Assembly: GCF_963921235.1 (NCBI RefSeq)
Contig: NC_086118.1
Location: 19,470,001-19,534,000 of the forward strand
Length of the DNA stretch: 64,000 nucleotides
Reading direction: 5' to 3'
DNA from: Mobula hypostoma
Lineage: Eukaryota
Shown piece by piece: positions 13,280 through 26,200 of this stretch (positions within the stretch are counted from its first letter, which is position 1; every line of letters begins with the position of its first letter). The position numbers were made by a program, and so were the translations under genes. Under the pieces are notes generated by a model. The model did not search any database and had not been told where the DNA came from. It saw only the letters and a program-made list of their open reading frames with translations.

Positions 13280-14678
13280 CTATCAAAGTTAAATTTGGTT
13301 CCTCTGGGGCCAACGTGCAAAATATTCAAAAAGAGCAAGCAAACATCCAAAAAAAGTGAGTAACAAATTCAAAGACACATATTCAATCAGAAGAAAACAT
13401 ATACATAGTCCCAGACCCTCCGTGACAATGAATATCCAACAGTCGATGGTAAAGGCTCCAGGCAGTGTACAGAAGCACGCAACACAGTCTGTCATTACAC
13501 CGCTTGAACACAGGAGGGCAGCACCAATGGGTGAGGCCAAGCCCCAGCCGAGCTTGACCACGCTGTAGCACTTCTGCATCGTTCACCTGAGGCCCAGTTC
13601 TCGCTACAACCGAGGCTACGTAGCTCCCATGTCGACTGTCCCTCCACCAGACAAAGTTAACAGGCCTGTGGCAACTTTCATTATCACTGTCCAACAGAGT
13701 CTTGCGATTGCAAATGAAATGTCCGAGACAATCTCCCACGGTTATACTGCACCAACTTTGATCTTCCGAGTAGCGGGCAGCACTGTCTGCATCCAGCTCG
13801 GCTCCTCCGTACCCAAATCTGCCCCTCCGACACACTGGTGGGCTCCTCTGGTTTCCTGACCGGGTCCTTTGACACCTCGGCTGGCTCCCTCTCCACCATC
13901 CCAGCCTTAGCAGGCTCCTTCGACACCTCAGCCGGCTCCACCACCGACACCAGTCCAGCTATTCCAATCAACAAGTAGCTCACTGATGGACTAACCCAAT
14001 ATCCTTGGAGCATAATTGTCTTTGGATCTTCAAAAAAAACAGATTTTACAAAGAAAAATGCACCTTTGCTTGTCCCCAAGAGGCCGCTGTATTTGTGAGC
14101 GCCTTCTCCACTTCTTCTCCATCTTGTTTTACGGCAGTTGGCACCCAGTTTAATGGTGCATTACCACCTCCTTCTGCTCCAGAGTGTGTGATAAACTTAC
14201 ATTCTAAATCCCTTCACCCAATCTCACACACACACACTCCTACCCTAACCTACACTTCATCCTCCCATCTTTGGCCATCCTAGTACCCTATTCCTGCTTA
14301 TCCGTCATACCTTATTAAAGACCCCTGTATCCCTTAAGAAAGCTAAAAATACCCTGACCTGTGCTCTCTCACCCATGCCCAGCAACCCTTTTAATGTGAA
14401 TTCCTGCACCCCCAATTCCCTTAGATTAATTCTCAACGTCTCTCTCTGTACCCCATACTTCCTGCAACTCAGAAATACATGTTCGACTGACTCCTCTTCC
14501 TGGCATTCCTCACACAATCCTGTCTGATGTTTCCCTATCATTTTCAATGATTTGTTTAATGAACAGTGCCCCAGCCTTAACCTAGTTTTTTTGGCACGTT
14601 AAGTGTTTGACAGGGTTTTGCTGTGTGGGGCTTTTTAATGGGTTCTATTTGCTCGCGCCGTCATCTGACTGGAAGTGA
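13280..14678 (-). mobile_element. Unclassified non-coding repeat interrupted by a Nimb fragment
   Basis: Minus-strand start ACTTCCAGTCAGATGACGGCG continues into CAGCGGCCTC across the insertion. Internal direct repeat at 13864-13940. Confidence 0.4.
14104..14585 (-). mobile_element. I-clade (Nimb-like) LINE 3' fragment
   Basis: RLRLGH...GLCEECQEEESVEHVFLSC C-terminal CCHC domain (14305-14547). 3' UTR GGTGGTAATGCACC and an AAG-rich tail. Confidence 0.8.
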
Positions 14679-14959
14679 TCTCATTACTTTAATATTTTAT
14701 TGTATACCAGCATATATTTAATGCAGACCTCAGTGAGTACAGTGCTGGAGTTTCACCTTAGTTTCCTCTGCTAAAACAGGACCTCAGGTAACTAGATTGC
14801 ATCACTTGGGTAAGGCGCACATCCTAAAGCTCCTAAACGACAGCAAGGAATGATTGTCGCAGCAAAGAAGCCATGACACATGAAGCAAAAGCAAAAGTGA
14901 GCTGAAGGAGCTAGTTCACCAGAAGGTGAATTCACACACAGCTTTTGCTTCAGAGGATG

Positions 14960-15290
14960 CAGGTGGGAACTTTGTTGAAATACAAAGTACAGTTATTATC
15001 AAAGTATGCATACAACATTGAGAGTCATCTTCTTGCAGGCAGCCACAAAACAAAGAAATACAATAGAACCCAGTAAAAAGCCCCACACAGCGAAACCCTG
15101 TCAAACACTTAATGTGCAAAAACAAATTAACGATGTGCAAAGAGTTAAAAAGTAAACCGCAGAGTCCTCAGAAACGAGGCAAGTGAAGCTAATCCAGTAG
15201 CCTGACAGGTGTAGGCCAACAACTGCTCCCGAACCTGGCAGTGTGTAACCCAAGACTCCTGCACCTCCTACCCAATGGTAGAAGCCTGAA
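14960..15290 (-). mobile_element. Rex1-type LINE 3' end fragment
   Basis: Minus-strand tail ACTTTGATAATAA...TACTTTG shared with 54172-54530 and 58146-58505. Confidence 0.5.
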
Positions 15291-15294
15291 AGGA

Positions 15295-16078
15295 GGGAGA
15301 CCTGTCAAATGCAGGTGGATAGCACTGGACACCTGCTCATTTTCCGCTCTTGTCCTCAACTACTTTAACTTTGCTCAACGCTTCAATCAGCATGGAGTAA
15401 TGGAGCCAACCACAGGTTTGTCTCTGCCACTGATCCTTGATGCAGCATACTTTCCAGGCAATATCCGCTCCGGCTATACCTGCACTCTCAAGGGTCTAGT
15501 TCACCGAATCCCCCAGGAGATCGCAAAAGCACCAGATCATTTCATCAATTCTAAAGAACTTAAAAGGGAAATTAGAGGGTGCAGACTGCAGCAATTGTGG
15601 ATGATATGGGGGTGAGTGGATGTGGATAATTCCACTGTTCTGGCAGAATGGAGCAAACTGCTGTGAACTGAATTGAGCACTGTTGTCAGAAACAAGAATA
15701 TCTGCCCACTTTTGTAGATGGTTAGCCGGACACACTGTGATGCCTTTCTTAGACCCAATGACAGACAACAGTGGCTTGTGATCATTATTGACAGTGAAGC
15801 ATCCGTCATAAAGCATCTTGTGGAATTTCTTCACAGCAAAGCTCCTGTGATATGTCCATTAGTTCTTTTCTGCTGTGGTCAGTAATCCGGCTGATGCATG
15901 ACAGATTTTTTGGAACCATCAGGGAAGATATGGGATATGAGAGTTCCCACTGGTAGATGGATGCATCCGTTGTGACAACTATTGACAACTCTGGATTGAA
16001 ACGCGTCAAGAGAATGTCAGGTGACAGCATATCCTTTACCTGATCAAAAGGCTCTTGGCATTGTTTGGACACTTCCAC
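15295..16078 (-). mobile_element. Gypsy RNase H/integrase remnant (downstream part of the 18800-27975 element)
   Basis: Motifs LTRFNPELSIVVTTDAS, DHKPLLS, LVSDNSAQFSS, HSPPYHPQ. Confidence 0.85.
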
Positions 16079-17607
16079 GTGGCACCCTACCTAGCCAGCG
16101 CTTCCTAGCGTCTTCCTTGCCAATGTTCAGTCTCTGACAAACAAGCTGGATGATCTAAGGACTTGGACCCTCACAGAAAGAAGGCTTGTGGATGGCAACG
16201 TCATGTTTTTTACGGAGACGTCGCTAAACAGTGACGTCCCAAACAACGTGGTGGAACTGGAACGGCACACGGTCTACAGGGCTGACAGAGCTGCAACAGC
16301 GACAGGTAAAAGTAGGGGAGGTGGTTTATGCATCTATGTGAATTGATCATGGTGTACGAACACTACCACTGCTGACACGTATTGCTCTGCTGATCTGTAA
16401 TACCTGATTATTAAGTTTACATGCATCATTGCTGTCTCAGTTTATGTTCCACCGGATGCTAATGCTAAAGTAGCCATGAAAGACCTCAGTGCCACTATTA
16501 GCAAGCTGCAGACTTCGCATCCAGACGGAGCCTTTATTGTCGCTGGGGTCTTTAATCATTGTAACCTACGTACTGTGCTCCCAAGAATTTACCAAAATGT
16601 ATCATGCACCACAAGGGGAAATAAAACCTTAGATCATGTCTACACAAATGTGGCTGACGCTTACAAAGCCACTACCCTCCCCCACCTGGGACAGTCCAAC
16701 CATCTTTCATTGTTTCTGCTTCCCAAGTATAGCCCGGTCATTAAACGCGTGAAACCCACAATGAAGACTATTAAGATCTGGCTGGAGGGGGCTGACTCTG
16801 CTCTTCAGCACCAATTCCAGCACACAGACTGGAGCGGATTTGCTGCCCATGCCACCACAGACTCTCAGATTAACATTGACTTATATACTAACTCTGTCCT
16901 TGAGCACATCAACAAGTGTGTAGATAGAGTGACATCACAAAAACAAATAAAAGTTTTCCCCAATCAGAAACCATGGGTGAACAGAGAAGTTTGCCCCCTG
17001 CTCAAAGCCAGAGATTCAGACTTCAGGTCTGGAGACCGGGAAACTTACAGCTCAGCCAGGGCCAACCTGAGGAGGGGCATCTCTCAGGCTAAACACATTT
17101 ACAAACAGAGGATCGAGGAGAATTTCAACTCCTCGGACTCCCAGTGCATGTGGTCATTACAGACTTCAAACCACCTAGTACTGTGTCCCCTTCCAGCTCT
17201 GCTTCCCTCCCTGATGAGCTCAATTACTTCTACGATCGCTTAGACCGAGAGAACAAGGAGGTCACCCTCAAAGCGGATCTCCCACTGGTGAGCTGCCTCT
17301 CTCACTTTCCACCTCCGATGTTTGCGCCACCCTGAGCTCAGTGAAGGTACGGAAGGCAGCTGGTCCGGTGGAATACCTGGCCATGTGCTCAGAGCCTGTG
17401 CAGGGCGGTTGGCTTGGGGTCTTCATGGATATTTTCAGTCTGTCCCTGGCCCAGGCAGTTGTCCCCACAAGCTTCAAGATCACCACCATTGTGCCAGTGC
17501 TGAAGCATTCCACTGCCACGGGCCTGAATGACTTCCGCCCAGTTGCAATCACCCCCATCATTGCAAAGTGCTTTGAGAGACTGGTTCTATCACATCTGAT
17601 ATCTGAT

Positions 17608-18345
17608 AGTCCTTCCAGGTGAGGCGACACTTCACCTGTGAGTCGGCTGGGGCGATATACTGCATCCGGTGCTCCCGATGTGGCCTTCTATATATTGATG
17701 AGACCCGACGCAGACTGGGAGATTGTTTTGCTGAACACCTATGCTCTGTCCGCCAGAGAATGCAGGATCTCCCAATGGCCACACATTTTAATTCCACATC
17801 CCATTCCCATTCTGACATGTCTATACATGGCCTCCTCTACGATAAAGATGAAGCCACACTCAGGTTGAAGGAACAACACCTTATATTCTGTCTGGGTAGC
17901 CTCCAACCTGATGGCATGAACATTGACTTCTCTAATTTCCGCTAATGTCCCACCTCCCCCTTGTACCACATCCGTTATTTATATATATACACACATTCTT
18001 TCTCTCTCTCTCTTTCTCCTTTTTCTCCCTCTGTCCCTCTTACTATACCCATTGCCCATCCTCTGGGCTTTCCTCCCCGCCGCCTTTTCCTTCTCCCTGG
18101 GCCTCCTGTCCTATGATCCTCTCATACCCCTTTTGCCAATCACCTGTCCAGCTCTTGGCTCCATCCCTCCCCCACCTGTCTTCTCCTATCATTTTGGATC
18201 TCCCCCTCCCCCTCCCACTTTTAAATCTCTTACTAGCTCTTCCTTCAGTTAGTCCTGACGAAGGGTCTCGGCCTGAAACGTCGACTGTACCTCTTCCTAG
18301 AGATGCTGCCTGGCCTGCTGCGTTCACCAGCAACTTTGATGTGTG
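17608..18345 (+). mobile_element. Penelope-like element 3' fragment (GIY-YIG endonuclease + pseudo-LTR)
   Basis: FTCESAGAIYCIRCSRCGLLYIDET...HFN...EQHLIFCLGSLQPDGMN (17619-17945), followed by a pyrimidine-rich region and a hammerhead motif. Confidence 0.9.
18251..18286 (+). ncRNA. Minimal type I hammerhead ribozyme (Penelope-associated)
   Basis: AGUC-CUGACGA-AGGGUCUCGGCCU-GAAA-C-GUC-GACU: conserved core, stem I AGUC/GACU, palindromic minimal stem III. Confidence 0.75.
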
Positions 18346-18706
18346 AAGCAGCAGAGATGTGGTTTTTGAGGAGGATGCAAAGAATATCATGGATGAAATG
18401 AATATCTAACAAGGATGTTATGAACAGAGCAAACATAAAAAGAGAAATAATGTATGAGATCATGAAAAGACAACATACCTTCATTGGACATGTGATTAGG
18501 AAAGAGGAGTTAGAAAGCACAGTAATTATGGGAAAGATTGAAGGGAAGAAAGCAAGAGGAAGACAAAGACAAATGATGATGGAGACAGCAGCCAGAGAAC
18601 TGGAAATGAATACCAATGTATTGATCCACTTGACCCGAAACAGGAGTGTGTGGGCCATGGCAGTCGAAGCTCAAACTGGGCACGGCACCTGATGATGATG
18701 ATGATG
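18346..18706 (+). mobile_element. RTE-clade LINE 3' fragment
   Basis: EAAEMWFLRRMQRISW...FIGHVIR...GKIEGKKARGRQR, then a (GAT)n tail. Confidence 0.85.
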
Positions 18707-18799
18707 ACAGTAGGAAGATAGGCTTTGTATCTGTACTCGGCACAATGACAATCAAGTTGTATCTAATCTAATGTTGAGAAGGGCTCCCACCCTTCCCAC

Positions 18800-20758
18800 C
18801 CTTGTTGAATGACTCCCTCAGCCAGTGCATTGCTGGGAGGAATGCTGAATGATGATTGATCATGCCGAAAATGATGGTAAGGCGCTGTTATCTGATGGTG
18901 GAGGCATCTTTAAGATAATGGGATCTGGGCGATGACTGCTTATCTATGATGAATCCAAGAGACTTGATGGATGACATTTTTCTGCCTAAAGTCACAATCC
19001 AAAGGCTTGTAGTTCATTCAAAATGTGGTCCAGGCATTGGCATAGTCCTGTCTGATCCATGCCCATCACAATGATGTCATTGAGGTAAGTGGCAACATCA
19101 TTAATACAACTCAGCCGTTGGAAAATGGAAGGAACTGCCTTTGCTCTGAAAGGCAGACGGAAGAAGGAAAACAACTCCTGATGTGTTGTAATGGTGAGAA
19201 GCTCCTGTGAATTTTCTGCCTCTTCTACCTGCAGGTAGGCTTCAGCTAAGTCCAACTTTGCAAAGTAGTGACCACGATTCACTTTTGCAAGGAGATCTGC
19301 CAGTACTGGTAGTGAGTACATCTGTGCCTCCAGACCTGCATTGAGGCCAGTTGAGAAGTCTCACTGTACCGTTGGCTTTGATGATGACATTTGGAGCTGC
19401 CCAATGTGATCAGTTGACAGTTTTGATCACACCAGCTTGTAGGTGAGCTAGCTCTCGTTCCATGATTGGTAAGGTTGCATATGGTACCCGTCCTTTGGGT
19501 CAGAAGACTGACTTTGTATCTGGATGAAGATGGAGCTCTGCCTGCAGTTTGGTGCAGCAACCTAAACCTTCTTGAAACACTTCAGCATAGTGCTGTTGCA
19601 GTTGTTGTTGTATGTTCTCACATACTGATGGTGGTGCGGCTCGACTGATGTGGCTTGAATGGCCAATGTCTTCGTAAAGACCTCACCCACAGGATGTTCC
19701 ATTGAACAAGCTTTTCTATCCAGTCAATGCCAAGGACATTCAGATCTGTATGGTCTGATAGGTAACCATAAACTTGGTTACCATTCAGCTTCACCATGCA
19801 GTGCAGTTTACCAATCATCTGAAGGGTTCCACCCGATACACTGCAAACGGGATGATGAGTTGATTAGACTGGCAGTGACTCAAATGCCCGCCACATGTGT
19901 TTAGAGATAATGGTGATGCCGGATGCTGTATCGAGTTGTAGCTTAACCAATTGATTATTGATAAATATGTTGATGTACCATCTCCTGGGGGTGAACTTTC
20001 AATGTGAACATTAGACTCATTGTAAAGTTTGATGGCTGTTGAAACCTCTTGCCCTTATGTTTCACTGGCCTAGAAGGCAGTGAAGGACAGCAAAAACCTT
20101 TTCTTGTGATCACAGGGTTAACATTTTTCTGCAAATATATTTCTTGTATTGCAGTTTCTTGCATAACGCCACACACCACAGCTCCAACAAGCTGTGTTTT
20201 GCTGCTTGGAGATCTGCTGAGTGATGATGTCTGGGCCATTGGAAACTACATTGACATAGTTCTGTTTGACTAGGTTGATCAAACGCTGATATTCTTGAAT
20301 TACAGCTTCGAGAATCATATCAGGGTCTTGCTCCAGTCTGGCCAGGAGCCATTTGTGAATGCCTGCATCACCAGGTGCCTGAAGTCCGCAAATAAAAATC
20401 AGTCATTTGAACTGTTATTCAGTCATGTTACCCAGCTTGAACTTTTCACATTTGCGATTGATGACACCGACATATGTGATGATGTAATCAGTCTCGTATT
20501 TAACGAGTTTTACGCAATGGTAGCAAACACTGAAGAGAGATCACTGCTCTCCAGAAGTGCTTGTCAGCTGTTGCACATGTGCATCAAACAATAGATCATG
20601 TGGGTTCTGGGGCAGGATAAAATTGAAATAATGCTCAAGTTCACCAGTACCTGAGTTTTGGAGCAAAGCGTGCGTCTTCCATGAGTCATCTTAACTGGTG
20701 AACTTGACCCAGGATATATCTTCAAAACATTTGAACCAGGAATCAAACATAATTCCTG
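18800..20758 (-). mobile_element. Gypsy gag/protease/RT remnant
   Basis: Knuckle CWSCGVWRYARNC, protease LQLDTAS, FAKLDLAEAYLQ, RLPF, YLND (decayed YLDD). Confidence 0.85.
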
Positions 20759-20926
20759 GAGACTTCCGGTAGATCTCATGGAGTAAAGTCGTGTTCTTGA
20801 CTTGCTCCATTACCTCTGAGCTTTATCCTATGATCAGCTATATTTAAGCTAACTTTTAAGGCACTGATTTTTACAATACTTTGCAGCGGATTGTTATTAT
20901 ATATTTGGATGCGTTTAAGGTCCGCT

Positions 20927-21660
20927 ATGTCTAAGAACGGGAAAGACGGCAAACCTCCGGTTAGACCGAAAGTTACCGACCCCCCTCCGATTGAACCAAC
21001 GGTAACCATGCAAGCTATATCGGAGCCGATTCGTGTGGAAATTTCAACTAAATTGCAAAAAATTATCGATGAAATTGATAAAATGAAAACATCTATCACG
21101 GAACATCAGACTGCTATATCTAATCTCCAAGTATCCACGCAACAAAATGATGGGGAAAATTGAAGAAACAATTACTGTAATGAAGAAAAAACTTGACTTT
21201 CTGACCTTTAAAAATTCTGACTTAAAATGCAGAATGCGACGACAGAACATTCAAATTATTGGTATTCATGAAGCTGCTGAATCTGGTGACCCTATAAAGT
21301 TTTTCTCTCAACTTTTAGAAGATTCATTTCCCACCTTATTTCCTGATCAACCACCACTATTGGATCGGGCTCACAGAGTCGCATTATATTTGCCTAAGTC
21401 AGATAAACCTCGGCATGTTATTTTACGATTTCATTATTTTGAAGACAAGGAGAAGCTGCTTCGCTTTGCTCGATCTTCGCTTTCGTTTGGTGGAAGATTT
21501 TAGTAAACAGGTTCGTGATCAACGTGTCCGTTACAGATCTGTGATGTCGGAATTCTACAAGATGGATTTAAAACCAGTGTTGCTTTATCCGGCAGGTCTG
21601 AGGATTTGATTGTCTGATGGGTCTTAGAGTTACCCGGATCAACTTTTGCCTTCAACATCT
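20927..21660 (+). pseudogene. L1 ORF1 (coiled coil, RRM, CTD), frameshifted
   Basis: MSKNGK..., RRQNIQIIGI, LLDRAHRV, PRHVILRFHYF, LLYPA. Confidence 0.85.
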
Positions 21661-21797
21661 TAATGGTACTCTTAAATCATCTCTGTTTGATTGGAGGCAG
21701 TTAATCTGTTGGGTTTAATTTTTTTTGCTTTATAGGAGGGCAGAAAAGTTTTTTTTTCTGTTTAATTAATATGGTTACCAAACTTCTTTTTAACTGC

Positions 21798-22661
21798 TGT
21801 TACGTACCCCGTAACTGGGTTGCCAAACCAGCAGAAATGGATCACTCAGTTGGAGTCTGGATTACTAGAACTAAGAAAGTTTTATTAAAGAAACAAGCAA
21901 CACTGTAATCGAAAGGATAATAAATGCAACAGTTCAGCAATGATAAACACACATGTGCACAGAATTAAGATAACAGCATCAATCAAGCTCTATCGTTGTC
22001 TAGGGGTAAATGACCAAATTTCAAAGTGACACAAAAGTTCGGTCCAATTTAGTAGTTCAGTTCGCAGTAATCGTTGCCAAGGCGATGGACAACGTGGGGG
22101 GAAACAGAGAGAGAACGGGAACGACCGATCATTCAGACATGGCTTCCACTCACAGACCGGCGATATTGCTCACAAGCAGCTTTTGGGCAGGTCCTTGGTG
22201 ATGTCACCTGAGGTCACCGACTGTGACCCCTCTTCCAGATGCAGTCGATCCTCTGCAGTGAACCCGGCACCCAAGCAAGGGCGGACACACACCGGGTTCC
22301 CGCTGATCGTACCTTTCCACCCTGTGCGTTGTCCGATACTTCCCACCGACTCGTGAGAGGCGCACCGCTTCCAGGGTCTCGTTACCTCGGGTGTCGTGTG
22401 TGTCCTGCCTTAGCGAACCTGTCCCTTTTTATCCCCCGGCTGGGGTATCGCCTGTCCATCACTTCAAACAGTTCAGGGTTCAAAGGGGGAGCCGCTCCAG
22501 ACAGTTCTCTCTCCCCCGTCCCTTCATTACACATCTCCAGACGCTGCTCCATTGTTCCTTATCTCTCCTTCCCCTGAGGACAGGTGGCAGACCACTTGCT
22601 GATGTCACTGATGCTAACCCAGGCCAGCAAACATCTTAATTTTATGTGTATTCTCGTCACA
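21798..22661 (-). mobile_element. Solo LTR (864 bp) in the L1 inter-ORF spacer
   Basis: Termini TGTTACG...CGTCACA. Perfect 4-bp TSD CTGC (21794-21797, 22662-22665). Minus-strand AATAAA at ~21881. Confidence 0.9.
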
Positions 22662-23238
22662 CTGCGTCATTCCTTTCTTCTTCCCTGGGGATTCTGGGTG
22701 GCCATTCCCACAACATCATTTTACATATATCCCTGGAGGCCTTAAACTTTGTAGTTTTCAAATGTAATTTTTGTCGTTTTCTTGGCTAGTCTATGCTAAT
22801 ATTTCATTTTCTTGTTTAATTGTACGGTCTGTTGTAGGTTAACGGTTTTCTTTATATGTACCTGTTTTTTCTTTGTATTATATCGTTTTCATTTTAATCG
22901 GTGTACTTTTTTTATTCCTTTACTGTTTTATAACTTTAGCTGATCTTTTTATACATACACTTTTTTTTAGTGAGCGTCTATCGGAAGTCATGGGGGTAGT
23001 TCTAGTGCTCGCTTCTTTCAGGCTGGTCTATCTTAGATTTAGCTTTGGGGTTACAGGGTGGAGGGGTGGGGAGATGGCTTCACTTTTTAGTTTTTCTTTC
23101 TTCTTGGGCTACTTATATTACCGAAGTATTGGCCGTGTTCTCTTTCCCGTTATCTCTTGTTTATTCTGTTCCCTTTCCGGGTTCGTGGGTTGAACCTATT
23201 GTCAATCCTCTTTTATTTGAGGGTTGACTTTAGGGATT

Positions 23239-26200
23239 ATGGAGTCTACTATTAATTTTGTCTCTTAGAATACTAACGGTCTTAATCACCCAATAAAAAG
23301 GAAAAAAATCTTTAAAGTATTCCGGAGATTTAAAGCACGTATTCTATTTTTACAAGAGACCCATGTGTGGAGGGGGGACAGATTACATTTTTTTAAGTTC
23401 TGGAAGTGTCAACACTTCCATTCGAAATCCAACGCCAAAATTCAAGAAGTTTCTATTTTTATAGATCCCTCAATCACTTTTGTACAACACGATATTATTT
23501 CTGATCCAAATGGTAGATTTCTATTGCTTAGTGGTTTACTCTTTAATAAAAAGGTAGTTTTGGTTAACGTCTATGCTCCTAACCTGGACTGTCCGGAATT
23601 TTATAAGTCATTATTTAATTTGCTCCCGAATTTGAATGAGTTTTCACTAATCTGGGGCAGAGAGCTTAATACTTGTTTATCCCCATTATTGGACCATTCG
23701 GCTCCTTTACAGACTCTACCCAATAAATCCGCAACCTTGATTAATTCATTTCTCTCAGATTCCGGGTTGATGGATATTTGGCGTTTTTTGTATCCTCAGG
23801 AAAAAGATTTTTCTTTTTTTTCACACGTTCATCATTCCTATTCAAGAATTGATTATTTTTTTTATTGACTCTCATCTTATTTCTTCAGTGGTTAAATGTG
23901 AATATGACTCTATAACCATTTCAGATCATGCTCCACTTAAGCTTTCTATTAAAATATTGGCCAATACACAAAATAATAGACAATGGCGCTTTAATTCGCT
24001 GTTGCTTCAGGATTCAGATTTTGTTAACTTTATGAATGAACAGATTGATCTCTTTTTTACAATCAACTGTACAGAGGATATATCCATGAACACCCTTTGC
24101 GATACTTTTAAAGCTTATATTCGTGGTCAGATCATCTCGTATTCTGTTGTTTTGAGGAAAAGGTTGAAGGAGGAGGAGCTGGTTATTGTGAACAAGATAA
24201 AGGAAATTGATAAGAAATATGCTACAGCTCCCTCTGAGAAGTTGTATAAACAAAGAACTGAACTTCAAATGGAACACAGTTTATTACTTTCGTCCTCTAT
24301 TGCAAATCAATTAATGAAAACAAGAAGCGAATTTTATATACATAGTGACAAAGTTGGCAAACTGTTGGCTAATCAGTTGAAGACTAACTATACTAAATTT
24401 CAAATTAATCAGATTTATAATCAAAAAGATCAACTGATATTTGATCAAGCTGAGACTAATCAATTCTTTTTTGACTTTTATTCCTCCCTATATCAATCAG
24501 AGTTTCTACGAGACTCTAAACATATGTATGACTTTTTAGATAACCTAGATTTCCCTAAGATTTCACACGATATATCTTCTATGTTAGACACTTCCTTTAC
24601 CACTGATGAGATTAAGAATGTAATTTTTTCTATGAACCCGGGGAAAGCTCCTGGTCCTGATGGGTTTACCGTGGAATTTTATAAATGTTTTGCATCTTCA
24701 TTAATCCCTTGGTTATTCAGGATTTTGGAGCCTCATTAAAACTTGGTAAACTTCCCGAATCCTTTTATAGAGCATCGATCTCTTTAATATTAAAGAAGGA
24801 TAAAGACTCTGCTCATTGTGCATCTTATAGACCTGTATCTTTATTAAATGTTGACTCTAAAATTTTTTCTAAATTATTAGCAAACAGATTAGAAAAATCA
24901 CTTCCTTATATTATCTCGGAAGACCAAACGGGTTTTATTAAAAGTCGTTACACTTTTTATAATATTTGTACACTGTTAATCATTGTCTATACCCCGTCAC
25001 AAAATGATCCTGAATGCTTCATTTCCCTAGTCGCTGAAAAAGCCTTCGACAGAGTCGAATGGCCTTACTTATTTAAGGTGCTTGAAATGTTTAACTTCAG
25101 CCCAAAATTTATATCCTGGATTAAATTGTTATATCATTCTCCTATGGCCTCAGTTCATACAAACTCTTTAAATTCACCTTTCTTCCCTCTTTTTCGAGGT
25201 ACCAGACAAGGTTGTCCTTTTAGTCCTTTATTATTTGATATTGCATTAGAACCTCTTGCAATTGCGATTCGAGAATCTCCAAATGTTATTGGTATAATTC
25301 GTGGTTTAAAGTCTCATAAAGTATCACTTTATGCTGATGATTTAAATTTATGTATTTCTAATCCTCAGAAATCTATTCCTGCAGCTTTAGATTTATTAGC
25401 ACAATTTAGTCTTTTTTCAGGCTATAAGTTAAATCTCAGTAAGAGTGAACTTTTCCCGATTAATAAGCAAGTTCCTTTATATCAGAACCTCCCGTTTAAA
25501 TTGGTTAATAATCATTTTTCATATCTTGGGATTAACATTACCTGTAAACATAAGGATTTATTTAGGACTAATTTCCTACCCTTAATTGATCACATTACAC
25601 AACTTTCATTTAAATGGTCTCCACTTTATTTAACTTTGATTGGTCATATTAATGCTGTTAAGATGTTTATTCTACCAAAATTTTTATATGTATTTCAGGC
25701 ACTACCGATTTTGGTTCCAAAATCGTTTTTTGACAAAGTTGACTCTAAAATTTCTTCATTTATTTGGCAAAATAAAAACCCGAGACTGGGTAGAATACAT
25801 CTACAGAAAGCTAAGAGAGATGGAGGTTTGGCATTACCTAATTTTAGATTCTATTATTGGGCAATTAATATTCGACACATGAAATTTTGGCTACTTGTCC
25901 AAGAAACACTATCCATTCCTAAATGGGTAGTGTTGGAATTACAATCTGCTCAAGGTTATGCACTTGGCTCCATTTTAGGTTCTTCTCTTCCTTTCGATTT
26001 GAAACGCCATAAACAGGTTTGTAACCTGATAGTTAAATAAAAATGTATTTGGTTTCAATTCCGAAAATTTTTCCATCTTAATCAATTTGGGCTTGCAATT
26101 CCTATTTTAGGCAATATATTCTTTCCCCCCTCTTCTACGGATCGTGCCTTTCAAATTTGGAAGACTAATGGTATATCACGGTTTTTGGATTTATTTTTAT

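Larger units (their letters stand above)
16080..18770 (+). mobile_element. Rex1/Babar LINE (EN + RT start 16090-17600; 3' tail ~18730-18770), interrupted
   Basis: LPSVFLANVQSL, TRGNKTLDHVY, FPNQKPW, LNDFRPVAITPIIAKCFERLV. Tail GCACAATGACAATCAAGTTGTATCTAATCTA. Confidence 0.85.
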
